NCBI RefSeq assembly: GCF_006345805.1
Contig: NC_043001.1
Span: 52,328,001 to 52,392,000 of the forward strand
DNA length: 64,000 bases
DNA from: Octopus sinensis
Lineage: Eukaryota
Reading direction: 5' to 3'
The notes under the pieces are model-generated. The model searched no databases. It was not told where the DNA came from and saw only the letters and a program-made list of their open reading frames with translations. The translations under genes were made by a program, and so were the position numbers. How positions within the stretch are numbered: the first letter of the stretch is position 1; the number at the start of each line of letters is the position of its first letter. Below are positions 49,862 through 64,000 of the stretch, one piece after another.

Positions 49862-51774
49862 TCATAACTGAACTGACTTCATCGTGGGCCACCACTTGAA
49901 ATGAAACACGAAGAGTGATTGTATTACCACTGATAGAATATAGTATTGCAGAGGCATATTCCAAGGGGACAGCCTCTCGGTAATGTTGTTTATACTTTCT
50001 GTAAACTTCTTGTAATTCATGTTAAGGAAGTCTGAAGGATATCTCACTGGTTAACAAGGTAACAGAAATACCAAAATTGCTCATTCTTTGTGGATGACTC
50101 TAAACTATATATCAAGAATATGAATGAGACAAAAATGAACCCTGAACTGGTTACACCATTCTCAAAGGATATAAGTTTAGAGTTTGGTCGGGAGAAATAT
50201 TGCTATATGGTTGTGAAATGAGGTAAAACTTTAAAACAGACTAAAAGCATCTCCATCAATGACTTGACTGCTTCTTCTATATCCGACGAGGAATGTTACA
50301 TGTATCTAGGGGTGGATGAAGACATCTTACAATGGCACCTGTAACACAACACGTGTCACTAAAGAACATTACAGTCAAATAAAGAAAATACGGACCCCGG
50401 AACTTTCTGTATTCAACAAAACAATGACCCACAGTGTATTTGCAGAGCCAGTACACATTCCAACATTTGGGCTGCTTGATTGGATGCTTGTTGAGATCCG
50501 AGCCAATGATGTAAAAAGCCTGAAGATACTAACCCGCACACCTAATTTCCACACCAACAGTGACGTAGGCCGCCTCTAGTTAAAATTTAAAAAAGGCGAC
50601 AGAGGCTTAACATCGATCCACACTACCTCTGAATGTCGTATCCTATTCCTTCGCCAACATCTTTTGGCCAAAAAGAGTAGAATCACATTCCTTGACCAAA
50701 TTTGCATACATGAGGCTGATGACATCATAAGACTTGGAAACAGCTCGTTGAGTAGTATTCGTCGTCTGATAATCTTAAATTCATGCCCAACAAAGTCGCA
50801 CGTCACTACCGCAATGTAGCATCAAATGAAAGAATCAGCAGAAATCCATGCATGGATACGTTAGAAGACAGCTCTGAGGTGATTGTAACATTGATCGTCA
50901 AAGCGGTCTATCATGGACCAACAACTGGATTGCTATCTCCCACTTTGAAGGGTATATATTTGCAATCCAGGAACAGGAAATATCAACCAAATACTTGAGA
51001 CACAAAAGGGATAGAGATGCAGGAAAAACAGTAAAATGTGACAACCGATGCAGACTCTGTTGACCTAACACCGAAGATATCACTCACATCATAAGCAGTT
51101 GTCCGCAAATGTCGTCACGATATAACCTACTGATGAGACATGATGATGTAGCTAAGACACTTTATAAGGAGATCTGTCAGAAGGATGAATCTGAGAACAA
51201 AGAAATAAGAACCTACAGCATGGGGGAAGCAATGACCACTCATAATAAGGAGTACTGTAGGAATGTCCCAGTAAAAACCTCAATAAAATGTAAATACAAT
51301 AGACCTGACATAATGGTTACGGACAGAGAAAAGAAACTGTGAACCGTTGTGGAAATCAGCTGCTCAATGGATGTTGACATAAAAGCTAAGCGAAAATGAA
51401 AATACCTACGCTGAACTATTGAGAAATCTGCAGTTAGTCTATCCAGATTACAAGTTCAACTCTATGCCTGTACTTAATGGAGCACTGGGATATGTAGCAA
51501 TCTTGAGAAATTAAGTAAATAACAATCTTGAGAAATTAGGTTTCTCAAAACCAGAAAGGAGAAAGCTACTTCGAAGACTACAGATCCAATCCATCACTGG
51601 AACATTTCTGTAAAACTTTCCAGAATTTTATAATTCAAGTATATATGACCATATTTAGATATGCAACTCTATGCATGAGAATACATGCATAAAACAAAAC
51701 ATAGAAATCTATACATACATACATACATACATACATACATACATACATACATACATACATACATACATAATACA

Positions 51775-51806
<32 letters not shown>

Positions 51807-51880
51807 AAAATACCCTGTTGGTTTCCAATGAAGGAGCCGTGGGTCTAGGTTAGAAACCGGCTCTTGAAATAAAACTGAAT
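49862..51880 (+). mobile_element. 5'-truncated R4/Dong-like non-LTR retrotransposon (RT, CCHC, RLE), decayed
   Basis: RGIFQGDSLS, FVDD, FSKDISLEFG, YMYLGVDE, CRLC..EDITHIISSCPQMSSRY...RHDDVAK, NRPDIMV.DR..VVEISC and LLRNLQLVYPDYKF...GALGYV...KLGF. The 3' UTR contains (TACA)n and ends AATAAAACTGAAT. Confidence 0.9.
51711..51803. repeat. (TACA)n microsatellite inside the LINE 3' UTR
   Basis: Read directly from the sequence. Confidence 0.95.
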
Positions 51881-52106
51881 GTGTGTGTGTGCATGAGTGT
51901 GTATAGAATGATAGACAGATTGGTGATTTATATTTAGGCTGGCATAATTGTAATATACAGCAGCTTCTCTCGAAATGTTGGCTGGTCGACCAACAGACAT
52001 AAACTGGAATATCAATCAGAACTAGCAACACTGCAGAAATCTTCAGAATAACAAGCGATAAGATCAGTTTAAATAGCCTATTCCAACAGGTTATAACAAC
52101 ATCTGT

Positions 52107-52427
52107 GAGGGCGCGTGGCTTAGTGGTTAGGGCATTCGGCTCATGATCGTAAGGTTGTGAGTTCGATTCCCGGCGACGCGTTGTGTCCTTGAGCAAGACA
52201 CTTTATTTCACGTTGCTCCAGTCCATTCAGCTGGCAAAAATGAGTTGTACTTGTATTTCAAAGGGTCAGCCTTGTCACTCTCTGTTTCACGCTGATTATC
52301 CCCGAGAACTACGTTAAGGGTACACGTGTCTGTGGAATGCTCAGCCATTTGCACGTTAATTTCACGAGCAAGCTGTTCCGTTGATCGTATCAGCTGGGAC
52401 CCTCGTCGTCGTAACCGGCGGAGTCTT
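52107..52427 (+). mobile_element. Young tRNA/CORE SINE with intact Pol III boxes
   Basis: A box TGGCTTAGTGG, B box GAGTTCGATTCCC, CORE TTGTGTCCTTGAGCAAGACACTTTATTTCAC, and a CpG-rich unique tail. Confidence 0.88.
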
Positions 52428-53347
52428 TAAGATAACAACATCTACGTAGTAGCATTATTAATTCGCAGGAAATTTAAAGTAGCTGAATAATGCATAACAA
52501 TATCGATTGACTGAGAGCCCAACACGTATCCACTAGGATTTATACTATAAACTCTAAAGAAAACTAGAAAAAAGCTACTTTATGGATGAATTCCCTATTC
52601 TCACAAAATATTAAAAATAGGAGAGCAACATATTTCCTTGAAATACTAAGAAAATTACATACCATCCTAACATAAATACAATCAGCTATACGTTAACTAT
52701 CATACTCAACGTCTTTCAACTTACTGGAAAATATACATTACACTAATATTTCAAAACTTACTACATACACCAACACTATCTCTAACCTCCCTAGCACAAC
52801 TAATGTCATTATTCGTAGAAAATGTCAAAGTAAATATTCATAGTATATTGGAATGTTAGAACTTCGTCGCACACAATTTATCCCGGAAGGAATAAAATAT
52901 ACAAAAATAAATATAAAGTGGGGAACTCTTCCCTTTCAATGAATAATAGTAAATCTATAGAAGATAACAAACTCACACCAAGCCTGAGTGTAATACACTA
53001 ATGTCTAACAAAGCCTGGAAATTATTAGAATAATAATTGCAGAGATACAATCCTCAATAGGAATGTAATTGGACTCCTCCCTTTAGTAGAGAGAAAATTT
53101 TCCTGGATTAATGCTTGTAATCACATTGATAAAATTACAGAAAATAAGAATAAGGTTGCTAATATCAATAACCATAATAGCATCATCGCAAAAGTACCAC
53201 AGAATATAAATTATTAGCTTCGCTTTAAAGGCTTCATATGAGTTAACCACTTAGTTGCAGCGCAGAATAATCCCCTAACGTCCCTTAATGGTAATTACAT
53301 AGCAAGCAATGCAGTATAAGTGTAATGTCATCACAATTAATGCCTGT

Positions 53348-54948
<1,601 letters not shown>

Positions 54949-57900
54949 TTTATGCATATCTATATATCGAAAGATAGAAAAAAAACACTCTTTCATGTGA
55001 TCTGATCAATATGTTTAGACAAATACTTAAATATATACTACAGTCTAAATATCTGAAGTTAATACGATGGAGGAAGCTTTATCCCTCAAACTAATATTAA
55101 AACGACTGAGATTCTTGTCCACTACAAACAAAGTGGCGTTATCCAATACTCATTCCATTTAATCTCATGTTTGTTCTATATAATGGCAACATTTATAACT
55201 TGCAAGTAAACTTAATTTCCCCTCAGTAGTTCATTTACTGCAAACAACCACAATTCTTTCAAACAACGTACGTTTTTCGGAAAACTATAAACATTTTTTA
55301 ACGAGATTTATGAGAATTCTGGTAAATATAAGTCGGATTGGATTCCAAGTTACCGAGCTGTAGTTTTGTTTTAAATTTTGATAATATTTCAATAGTTTTT
55401 ATTCTCATTTACTTTGGTTTCACTCATGTGGAATTTGTGATTTATGGTATTTGCCCCTTAAACAAGATCAAAGGGTCACATATTCTATGTACCATTGGGT
55501 ATCATATTATTTAGGAATATTATTTTGTAGCTATGTTCGTACTCTGTTGTATGAACGGTAAAAATGTTTGTAAATACGCCAGTTGTCAGTCAGCTATCCA
55601 CACCAAATATTACGAGTTTAAAATTGATTTTTAAATATTTGCATTTTACGTAAATCACTTTGATTTCTACATATTTCCCGATACATGAAACTGTTTTTTA
55701 ATTTGCAATTTTAATGGAATAATTTTGAATAGGAATATTTGATAGGATATGCAGAAAAACAGTCAAGCAAATATAAAAGCAACAGGAGTGTGGGGCACTG
55801 TTCTAATGAAAGATTGGTAGCTGGTTACAAATATGTTTTGTATTCAGTTGAAAATTGTATATGTTCAAGTAGTTTCGATTAATATTTGGAAAAGGAAGGA
55901 AGGTGAAGAGTGCTTACATATCATATAACGTAGGGATAATATTAAGTGAGAACGCCATAGGAATTAATTACTCTATATGAGTATGAGAAGTATTAGTAAT
56001 CAAAGAAAGTGTTAAAGTGCTACAGTATATTAAGTCGTGCATATTCATCTACGTAGCTTTATTCCCAAAGATATCAAGCTAAATTGCTTGTAGATAAATA
56101 ATTATCTATACATTATATCATAAATATTCTTTCACACATTTTTACATTTGCCTATTAGTGTTTGCAATAAAGGGGTTGAATAATAATGTTAGCCACTATA
56201 ATTGCGATAGCAATGACTGACAGGTCTCCCAGGTTAAACTGGGTTCTGTACTGGGTTACGAATCCTATGATCTGGATAAATAACCTTAATGCCATAAATA
56301 TATTCAAATTAGTCCCTTAGGCAGCTTGCTGTACGACGCAACACTATTTCGCTCGCTACTGTGGTCAAATGCACTGTCCTATATTCTCTTGGACTGCACC
56401 TGTGAGGCAGTGAGAAACAACTGGGCCACACAAGCTCTTCGTACACCTAGACAAATTATGCACTATTGGGACGACATGTCAGTGCTGCAAGGAAAAGTCA
56501 TAGCATGAACACAAATCATCGCATTTGAATGCTACTACTGTAAGTCAAATAAGAAAATGGTTAAGCAATCAAGACTCCGAAGCCTATTCGCTATCGCTTT
56601 ACAGTGGTTGGGATGGTTCGTCATTTAAGCTGATTCGTCAAAGACAACTTGAAGCATTAGCTAACCACTGGCACTGACAACTTTTTTGTCACAAGAACAA
56701 TGCCGCACAACTAAGATGTCTACAAAATCGACAAGAATGTCACTGGTATTAACCCAACAAACTCAGTGTGTCTAAGAAGTGGATTATAACGAATGAAACA
56801 TGCTATGAAAACAAACATGCTGAAGAGTGAATAGATAACAGTTGAAGTCTGATGCTAGTTTTTAGTAATAGTAGAAATTAAAATAGTAGAAATCAACTAC
56901 ACAACTGCAAATACAACCTGCAAAACTTTCTACTAGGTATATCACTCCAGGATTAAGTTATTCACTCCACAATTGGATCTGCGCCATATATTATATTGCC
57001 CAATGTTGGGTCGCAAAATTATGTTTATCCGTAACTTGACAATTGATGTAACCGGTTCACGTAATATAGCGGTTTGTTAATTTCGTTTTTCATGTCGCTA
57101 GAATAATCTGATTCATGTATCCTAAAATATTCTAATTTGGAGAATGTTTCACAAATTTGAAAGACTTAAATTTGAATAATGTGGAAGGACTGTCAACTCT
57201 GAATATTTCCCTCCGTTTCTTCCACTGATTTATATCTCAACTACCATTTATGGTAGAGATATAGATTTCGAAGATATGATCTTCAAAAGAATTAGATATG
57301 AAACCTTAGCGTAATAACGCTGCAATTATGAAGAGATGCTTACTAAAGTAGTTAACGTAAGCATGGCTACTTCTGTTGAAAGTTTTGTTGAAGTGACTCA
57401 AAATATTTGAAATCTACTTTAGATATTAAGCAAACTTATTGTAAGTGTATAGATAAATATGATTATATATATTATGTATGTATATTTTCTGCCATATTCT
57501 TGATGGGTCTATAAATCTTGAACTTTGGGTACATGAATGACTCTCATGTTAAAGCGTTCGAAATTGCTGACCATCTCCCTCAAATCACATTTTACTGATT
57601 TAAATAAGGAAGGACCTAGTGGATAAAACGTATCACTATGTTATAGGAATACATAACCACCACCGGAATGCTTTTGATTACAAATTTACTCGATCTAGTT
57701 TGAACGGAACCTAAATATATATATATATATATACTGATGACAAAACAGTTAAAACAAAATATGTTACAATGCATCAATTTTCCTTTCTGTACATGAATTG
57801 ATAAGTGACTACACTGGTATAGCTCTAACAGTTTATAACACATTAGACATCTAATCAAACACACACATATTCTGTAAAACTTACAATGAATTCGAACGCA

Positions 57901-59093
57901 GCATAACAGGGTGGTTTAGATTAAAACTTCCTTTTAAATACAGTCAAACGTCTGTTTGAGTGTATTTTGCATGCTATATCGAGCAATTTCTGCTGAACAC
58001 GTATATGTTACCTTTAAACCCCAAAGTGGCCTTCTATATAATACTCAGAGAAACAGTGCAATTTGAGCTCATTCATTCAAGACATGCAAGCGTTATTTGG
58101 TGCGTTTGATTTATATATACCAGTAAGATGTCAATAACAGTAAGGTGCCATTTTAACCAAAACCAATGATCATATAATTCAGTTAACCAAGCGTCATAAC
58201 TAACGTGTGAAAAGATAGTTCTTGAAATGAATATTAAAAAATATATATTTTAAAGAAGCAATGAAATATATGTTTTATTAGTCGATAGGATAACAATTTA
58301 TCTCATTTACTGTGTGAATGTACATCATTTTACTTATAGCTGTAACTGTCAGAATATTTTGTGTTTAACTTTCTGAAGTTTTAATGAACAATCTCTTTCT
58401 ACACTTTATTTAATTTCATTATTTCTAATTTTCTCGCATCCTCTATTTGTTCTTTCTGTGTTTTATGTACAGATATACAGACCATCCTCCAAACATTATA
58501 TAATATAATGACTGAAAGAAGTTTAAAAAGATTTTTTATGACATTTAATATCATGTAACACTGTTATCCTGTGCTATCTAATTTATAAAATAATTTTGTC
58601 AGTAACTGCAGTTTCTTAATCTCCATAGGATATTATTTAGTATACATTTTTTCGGTTCCCTTTCTCAAAGATATGGCGGCAGTTTTGTATAAAACCACTC
58701 TCTCTATTAGTCATTAACCTCTTCGAGATGTAAGAAATGTCTAGTTATTGTGACTCAACTCTATTACATGTTCTTCGAAGCTCTATGTTTTCATTACCAC
58801 TCAAAAAGTTCACCTATTCACCAGCTGGATTATAAAAGGTCCTTCATTCATGATGTGTCTCCACATTTTTCCTATCACTCAGAAATAATCAGTGACAACT
58901 CCAAATCATTCAACATATTTTGACACTCCTCCCATACCACGATCCCTCTTATACTATAAATCATGGCGTTGAGTCCGAAACGTTTGTGTTGTAAACTATC
59001 TTTATCTCTCAGTTTTCTAACAAATCCGAATCTCTCTTTGCCACTCTGACACTATAAACACTCTTCACTTTTAACCTGTGTGTGTTTATAAAT

Positions 59094-59709
59094 TCTAATT
59101 AATATTTTAGAAGTTAATTCATAATTACATTCAGGAAAATGTCATCACAAAGATGGAGGCGAAATAGGATGCCTTGCTATACTGTACGTTATTCTCCTGG
59201 TAGTCTTAATTGTCTTGTGGGTGTAAGATACTACAGTTACATTGACAGAAATAATTGTAATTGTTGGCACATTATATTGTAATTAACAATTTGATTCACA
59301 CTACAAGTGCTATGTATAAATTTGAAGACATTTCGGTGTGTCTGTTACGTTTATCAGTTGCATATTGGAGTGGAAAATATCTAATAACATTTACATTTAA
59401 AGTCTAATTAATATTTTAGAAGTTAATTCATAATTTCATTCAGGAAACTGTCACCACAAAGATGGAGGCGAAATAAGATATATTGTTATGTTGTACATTA
59501 TTTTTCTCATAGACTTAAGTGTCTTGTGGATGTAATATAGCACAGTTACATTGACAGAAATAACTGTAGTAATAAAATTGTTGCCACATTCTATTGTAAT
59601 CAACAATTTGATTCAGTCACAAGTGCCATGTATAAATTATTAGGCCTTTCGGTGTGTCTGTTTCTTTTATCAGTTGCATATAGGGCTAGAAAATATCTAA
59701 TAACATTTA
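59094..59709. repeat. Tandem duplication of a ~309-bp unit (2 copies, roughly 80% identical)
   Basis: Units start TCTAATTAATATTTTAGAAGTTAATTCATAATT at 59094 and 59403 and end AAAATATCTAATAACATTTA. Confidence 0.92.
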
Positions 59710-60723
59710 TGTCTGGAACTTTGCAGTCAATGCATAACAATCCATTCAGGACGTTTGTAAAATACGAAAACCTATTTCCAATTGAAGGCATATTCCTGTG
59801 TAATATATCTCTTTTTACGAGAAGCATTCGCCCTATTTGGCAGAGGGTTAGGAGGTTAGCCTCACGAAAGGATTTTTGCAATACCAACATTTTTCGAAGA
59901 GTCGGCGACATGGAACCTGACTCATCATCTGGCGAGCCGCGCTAATAAAACAGTCCAGGGTAATTTTAATAACGCATATTTTTAGCGAGAAATTAAACGT
60001 TCAGTTCAGAAATTACCTTGGGCGACAGTTTGCTAAGTTATTGCTTTCACAGTGGCCAGATGCTATAGGAAAATGAAAGACTATACAGTCTCTCCAGAAT
60101 AACATTAGCATTTATTAAATTCTTCTTTCGTGATGATACTAAAAACATACACAATATAATAGACACAGGTAAATACATAAAGAAATATACCCACATTAAT
60201 GTAGATAGAGATTACGTTAGCGCTTGAGATTCATAAATAAAACAGCCAGTTTATTTATTTTAAATGTTTATTTGTTCTGCTTTCGCACATATACGCAGTA
60301 TATACATCGTTCTGAAGCAACAATAAACTACTCGTAATATACCACGCTCGCAGGAAAATTCAATCACATCAATATTGCCTTGCGTATAAGATAAAAGTAT
60401 AACATTTACTGAATATACAGAAACAAGGATTCCCCGAGAGAAATATTGAAATCATGCACCAATAAACTTGTAATTTCATTTATATTTGAGACTGATGAGG
60501 AGAGAGATTGGTGAATCTGCTAAATCTATGGGTTACAATTAGATTAGAAACCTGGTCCGATTGTTTCAAATAGTGTGAAAAGCTTGTAACACTAAGCTGA
60601 GTGAAATTTAAGTTTTCCACTCAAGACACTCGATGGGCGTCAGCAAAATTTCCTTCACCACCGACTTTCAGTGAGAGGGTACTCGTCCCATTGACTCTAT
60701 TAGAGACAACATCTGAGTAAAGT

Positions 60724-60756
60724 TAAGGGTGCGAGCTGGCAGAATCGTTAGCACGC
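60724..60756 (+). mobile_element. Truncated tRNA-like head of second-family SINE
   Basis: TAAGGGTGCGAGCTGGCAGAATCGTTAGCACGC matches the heads at 27282, 28504 and 42705. Similarity stops abruptly. Confidence 0.8.
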
Positions 60757-60957
60757 TGCGGTTAATTTGTCTTTGTGAGAATTTGGTTAGTAATTGTTAT
60801 TGTTGCTATTTATTGTTAAATTTTAAACTTTTCTTATTGTTCTACGTTCTTGTTTAACAGACATATTCGACTGTTGTCCCCCTCCGTAAAGAGATGAAAA
60901 TAATTTTTGAAATAATTTTTAGAAAAAATATTTTGGAAAATATTTCTTTTTGTGAAA

Positions 60958-62480
60958 ATGAATTCGGAGGACACTTCTTATAACCCTGACCAAGCTAACC
61001 AAATATCAACTTTAAAACAAAACAAAATGAACGAAAATGTGAACGAAAGCCATACAAATGCACTAAACGGAATAAGGAACCAAGAAGGAAAAAATAAATG
61101 TTGAAAACGATAAAATGAATAACGGAAAACAGAAGACAACCAAAAGAAGATTCATCTTGTCACCGCTGCTGGTGTGACAAAGGATAAATTGAACATAGAG
61201 CTAGATTCACTGCAGCAACATTGTGGTATGTTCGAAAGGGGAGGTTTTGATGTTAAACTCATCGAAGAATCAAAGGGGAAAATAATAACATATAAGATAA
61301 TAATAATAAAAGACAAGAAAATAGACAAGGCATCCAAAGAACAAATCGAGAAGTGTCTACAATCCATCTAACAATACATCGGGTTCTTGACCAGAGGGAG
61401 AGGATACGCCACAGTAGTGGTGTACTTCAAAAATGAGGAAAAGGCTATAAAACACTCGCTCCAACCGATAAAAACCAATGAAATCATCTTGTTACCAACT
61501 TATATGGGTAGGAAACCATCCAAAATAGTTATCGAGGAAATTCCACCAGAAATAAATGTCATCTGGATTATCTCAGCCCTTCTAATGGGGCTTGATGATA
61601 AAATCAAGATGATTGAAGCTTCCAGAACACAACAACAGAAATGGGGGGGGGGCAAGGGCTTGAGATCATAATCTAAGCAGCCACCCAAACATTAGAAGAA
61701 ATTGCTGAGAACATCCACATCGGAGAAGAAACCACCTTGCAGGTAATTGTGGAGGGCAGTAAACACAGATGCTACGAATGTGGCGAAAGAGGCCATATTC
61801 GGGTAAACTGCCCCACCCGCAAGGTGAAGGAAGAAGAGGCAAAAAAGATCATAATAAAAAAGAACAAAACCAAAAGACCGACTAGCAAAACCCCGGTACT
61901 TATGGAGTTCAACAAACCGGGGAAAAAGACGGCTGGTCGGTAGTAAGACCCCAAAAAAGGGAAAAAATAAAACGACAACAAACTGAATCCTACAACAACC
62001 AAAAGAAAAACTTAGGACACTGAAAGAAAAATTACCCCACCCCACCCCACCACTATTCCCCCCAAATGTCAACAGTATCAGATTCCTCCCCATCCTCTTC
62101 TCCCCTCGCCGATGAGTACCCCTTGCCATTCTAGATCGGATATCCCTCACCCCCAGACATCACACCTCACCCGCCAAGCACACGCAATCTGTCCCTGATA
62201 TCAAGTCCAAGAAAATCTAACAAATATAAGGAAATACAGACTGCAATAAACAATGATATCGAACAATTACAAAAAAGGTTAAAGCAAATACAAACGGCGT
62301 CAATTTACAAACATCACCATAAGACTCCAGAAAAGATTGCCATTAATACAATAGATAAAATGAACTATAACGTCTTTAAAAACTACCATCCAACTGAAAT
62401 GGGTCCTCCAAGACTTGATTGTAACAAGTCGATGTACGAGGACCTACGTCAGAATATAACCACACGAACCAGTGAAAAAG
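60958..62480 (+). pseudogene. Tx1-type ORF1 (gag-like, zinc knuckle), interrupted
   Basis: ATG at 60958 and fragments 61174-61371, 61387-61671 and 61737-61943 (HRCYECGERGHIRVNCP). Stops and frameshifts lie between them. Confidence 0.75.
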
Positions 62481-62504
62481 AGTACCACTGACTAAAGTAA
62501 GTCC

Positions 62505-64000
62505 ATGTCAAGCATTCACGTTGGATATATAAATGTGCGTGGCCTGACGTCTAGTTGGAAGCATGGACGCCTCCTAAATGACGTCAGGTCACGGGATTTA
62601 GATGTTGTTGTTACTACAGAAACTCGGCTGAAGGGGCCAAGAGATCTGCTCCCGCTGTTTGACGGTTACGAGAGTTTCATCTCTCTGTGCTGTCCTCATT
62701 GCGGGATCAGGGTGTTAGTCTTATTAAAAAGAAACCGGTTTTCTAAGAAAAAGTTGATTTTTGCATTCCAGATGGTAGGCTAGTCGTCATCGACATGACG
62801 TTCAGCCGTTGTAAGACTATCAGACTTGTTGCAATTATGCACCTCAAGATACGGGGCAAATTGAGTATTATCAGAACCTAGAGACGTTTCTTGGTACATC
62901 ACATCCCTTAGTTGTGCTAGGAGATATAACACAATCTGCGATGCACGCGTAGATTGTGTTAATTCCTGTTTTAATAGAAGTGTTGATTGCTTCCAGGATA
63001 TACTAAAACGTGTTGAGCTGATAGATCCATACAGACTGGAATTTTCGAATGCTCCTTTGTGGACATGGACAAATAGTGACGGATCTTCCAGGTCTTATCC
63101 AGATAGAGTATTAATAAGAAAAGTAAATAAGAGGATAGCTAGGTGTCCACAGTTTCTCATGGTCAGCTACAGTGATCACAAGATGGTCACCAGTAAGCTC
63201 GACATAGGTAAGTTATATAGAGGTCCCCGCTACTGAAAAATTAATATGTCCCTTTTGGAAATCAAAGAGTACAGAGACCAAATTAAAATGTTAATTCAGA
63301 GGGCATTAAACGGATCCATTATTAGTAACAAATGCTGGCATGCCCTCAAGTTAGCCATTAGATATGAGCCTATTAGATATAGCATAGGTTTAGTGGATAG
63401 AGAGGCTAGAAGGGAATCAGCTTTAGTTAAGGACTTAGAGGAAGAATTGCGAACTGGCTCTGCGGCTTAGTTGAATGCCAAGAGACTGGTATTAAACCAG
63501 TACCTCGAAGCCAAACACATGGGTTGCATTGTCAGGGGTAGACAACGTTCAATGGGTTGCGAAGGAATCAATGCTGCGGGATGTGCCCGAGTGGTGGAAG
63601 CCCAACGTGGCATCATTGCCACAATTCGATCATTGGCGAACCAGCAAGGTAAGTTGATAGACAAACCCGAGGAGATATGTGAGGTCTTTCAGGACCACTT
63701 CACCCAGCTTTTGGGAGGGGGCGGTGGGCCGAAGTGTAGGAAGGACGTAACGGTCTTCCTCGCCGGTTGTAGGTAGAAGGTAACGGACTTCCTCGCCAGG
63801 TTGCCGCGCCTCTCGGGTCAGGATGCGAGGTGTAGTAAGGGGCCGATCACGTCTGAGGAAGTAAAAGAGGCCATGACTGACTGCGACGCGGGTAGGCGCC
63901 AGGGCCGGATGGTCTGCCCTACGAGCTGTATAAGATTATGCCGGACATTTTGGACATCTATTGTCGAGTGTCTACGCGAACTGGCAACAGAATGGGCTCA
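62505..64000 (+). pseudogene. Tx1-type ORF2 N-terminal part (APE endonuclease, linker, start of RT), interrupted
   Basis: GYINVRGL, DVVVTTETRL, DGRLVVID, LVVLGD, WTWTNSDGSSRSYPDRVL, YSDHKMV, KINMSLL and PGPDGLPYELY. Confidence 0.88.

Larger units (their letters stand above)
60757..64000 (+). mobile_element. Tx1-clade (L1 superfamily) non-LTR retrotransposon, decayed, runs off the window end
   Basis: ORF1-like region with a CCHC knuckle, then ORF2 with an APE endonuclease and the start of RT (see the two pseudogene entries). The left boundary is inferred from the SINE break. Confidence 0.85.

Noticed and set aside
52107-52180. Possible tRNA gene with CAT anticodon
   Set aside because: The acceptor and anticodon stems do not pair, and it runs straight into a CORE domain, so it is a SINE head.
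56326-56508. 60-codon ORF in a GC-richer patch (LYDATLFRSLLWSNAL...)
   Set aside because: No recognisable homology, and the length is within chance expectation.
63736-63803. 33-bp in-frame tandem duplication in Tx1 ORF2
   Set aside because: It introduces a TAG stop, so it is most simply a post-insertion slippage event rather than a functional feature.

Overview
AT-rich (about two-thirds A+T by eye), microsatellite-dense eukaryotic DNA. It is most likely intronic or intergenic sequence from an octopod cephalopod; this is inferred from tRNA/CORE-type SINEs resembling the octopus OK/OR families and the TA/CA/TCTA repeat load. No intact host protein-coding gene, rRNA, true tRNA or CRISPR array can be supported. 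Most ORFs in the supplied track are artefacts of microsatellites (YI/CV runs). All recognisable coding sequence is decayed transposon: two DD37D (maT-type) Tc1/mariner relics, an internally deleted mariner, a piggyBac, an RTE LINE, two R4/Dong-like RLE LINE fragments, a Penelope-like element (RT plus GIY-YIG), a Tx1-clade LINE running off the right end, and three non-autonomous Helitrons (one carrying a Pif1 fragment). There are more than a dozen SINE copies from several modular families. The most interesting observations are: (1) a tRNA-headed SINE-like element with a Penelope-type minimal hammerhead tail and a perfect 50-bp palindrome at its 5' end (15.6-15.9 kb); (2) a ~550-bp structured element flanked on both sides by (TATG)n (13.4-14.0 kb); (3) a Tx1 LINE that starts inside a SINE tRNA head (60.7 kb); (4) several long foldback palindromes that could form dsRNA. 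All alignments, boundaries and identities were judged by eye.
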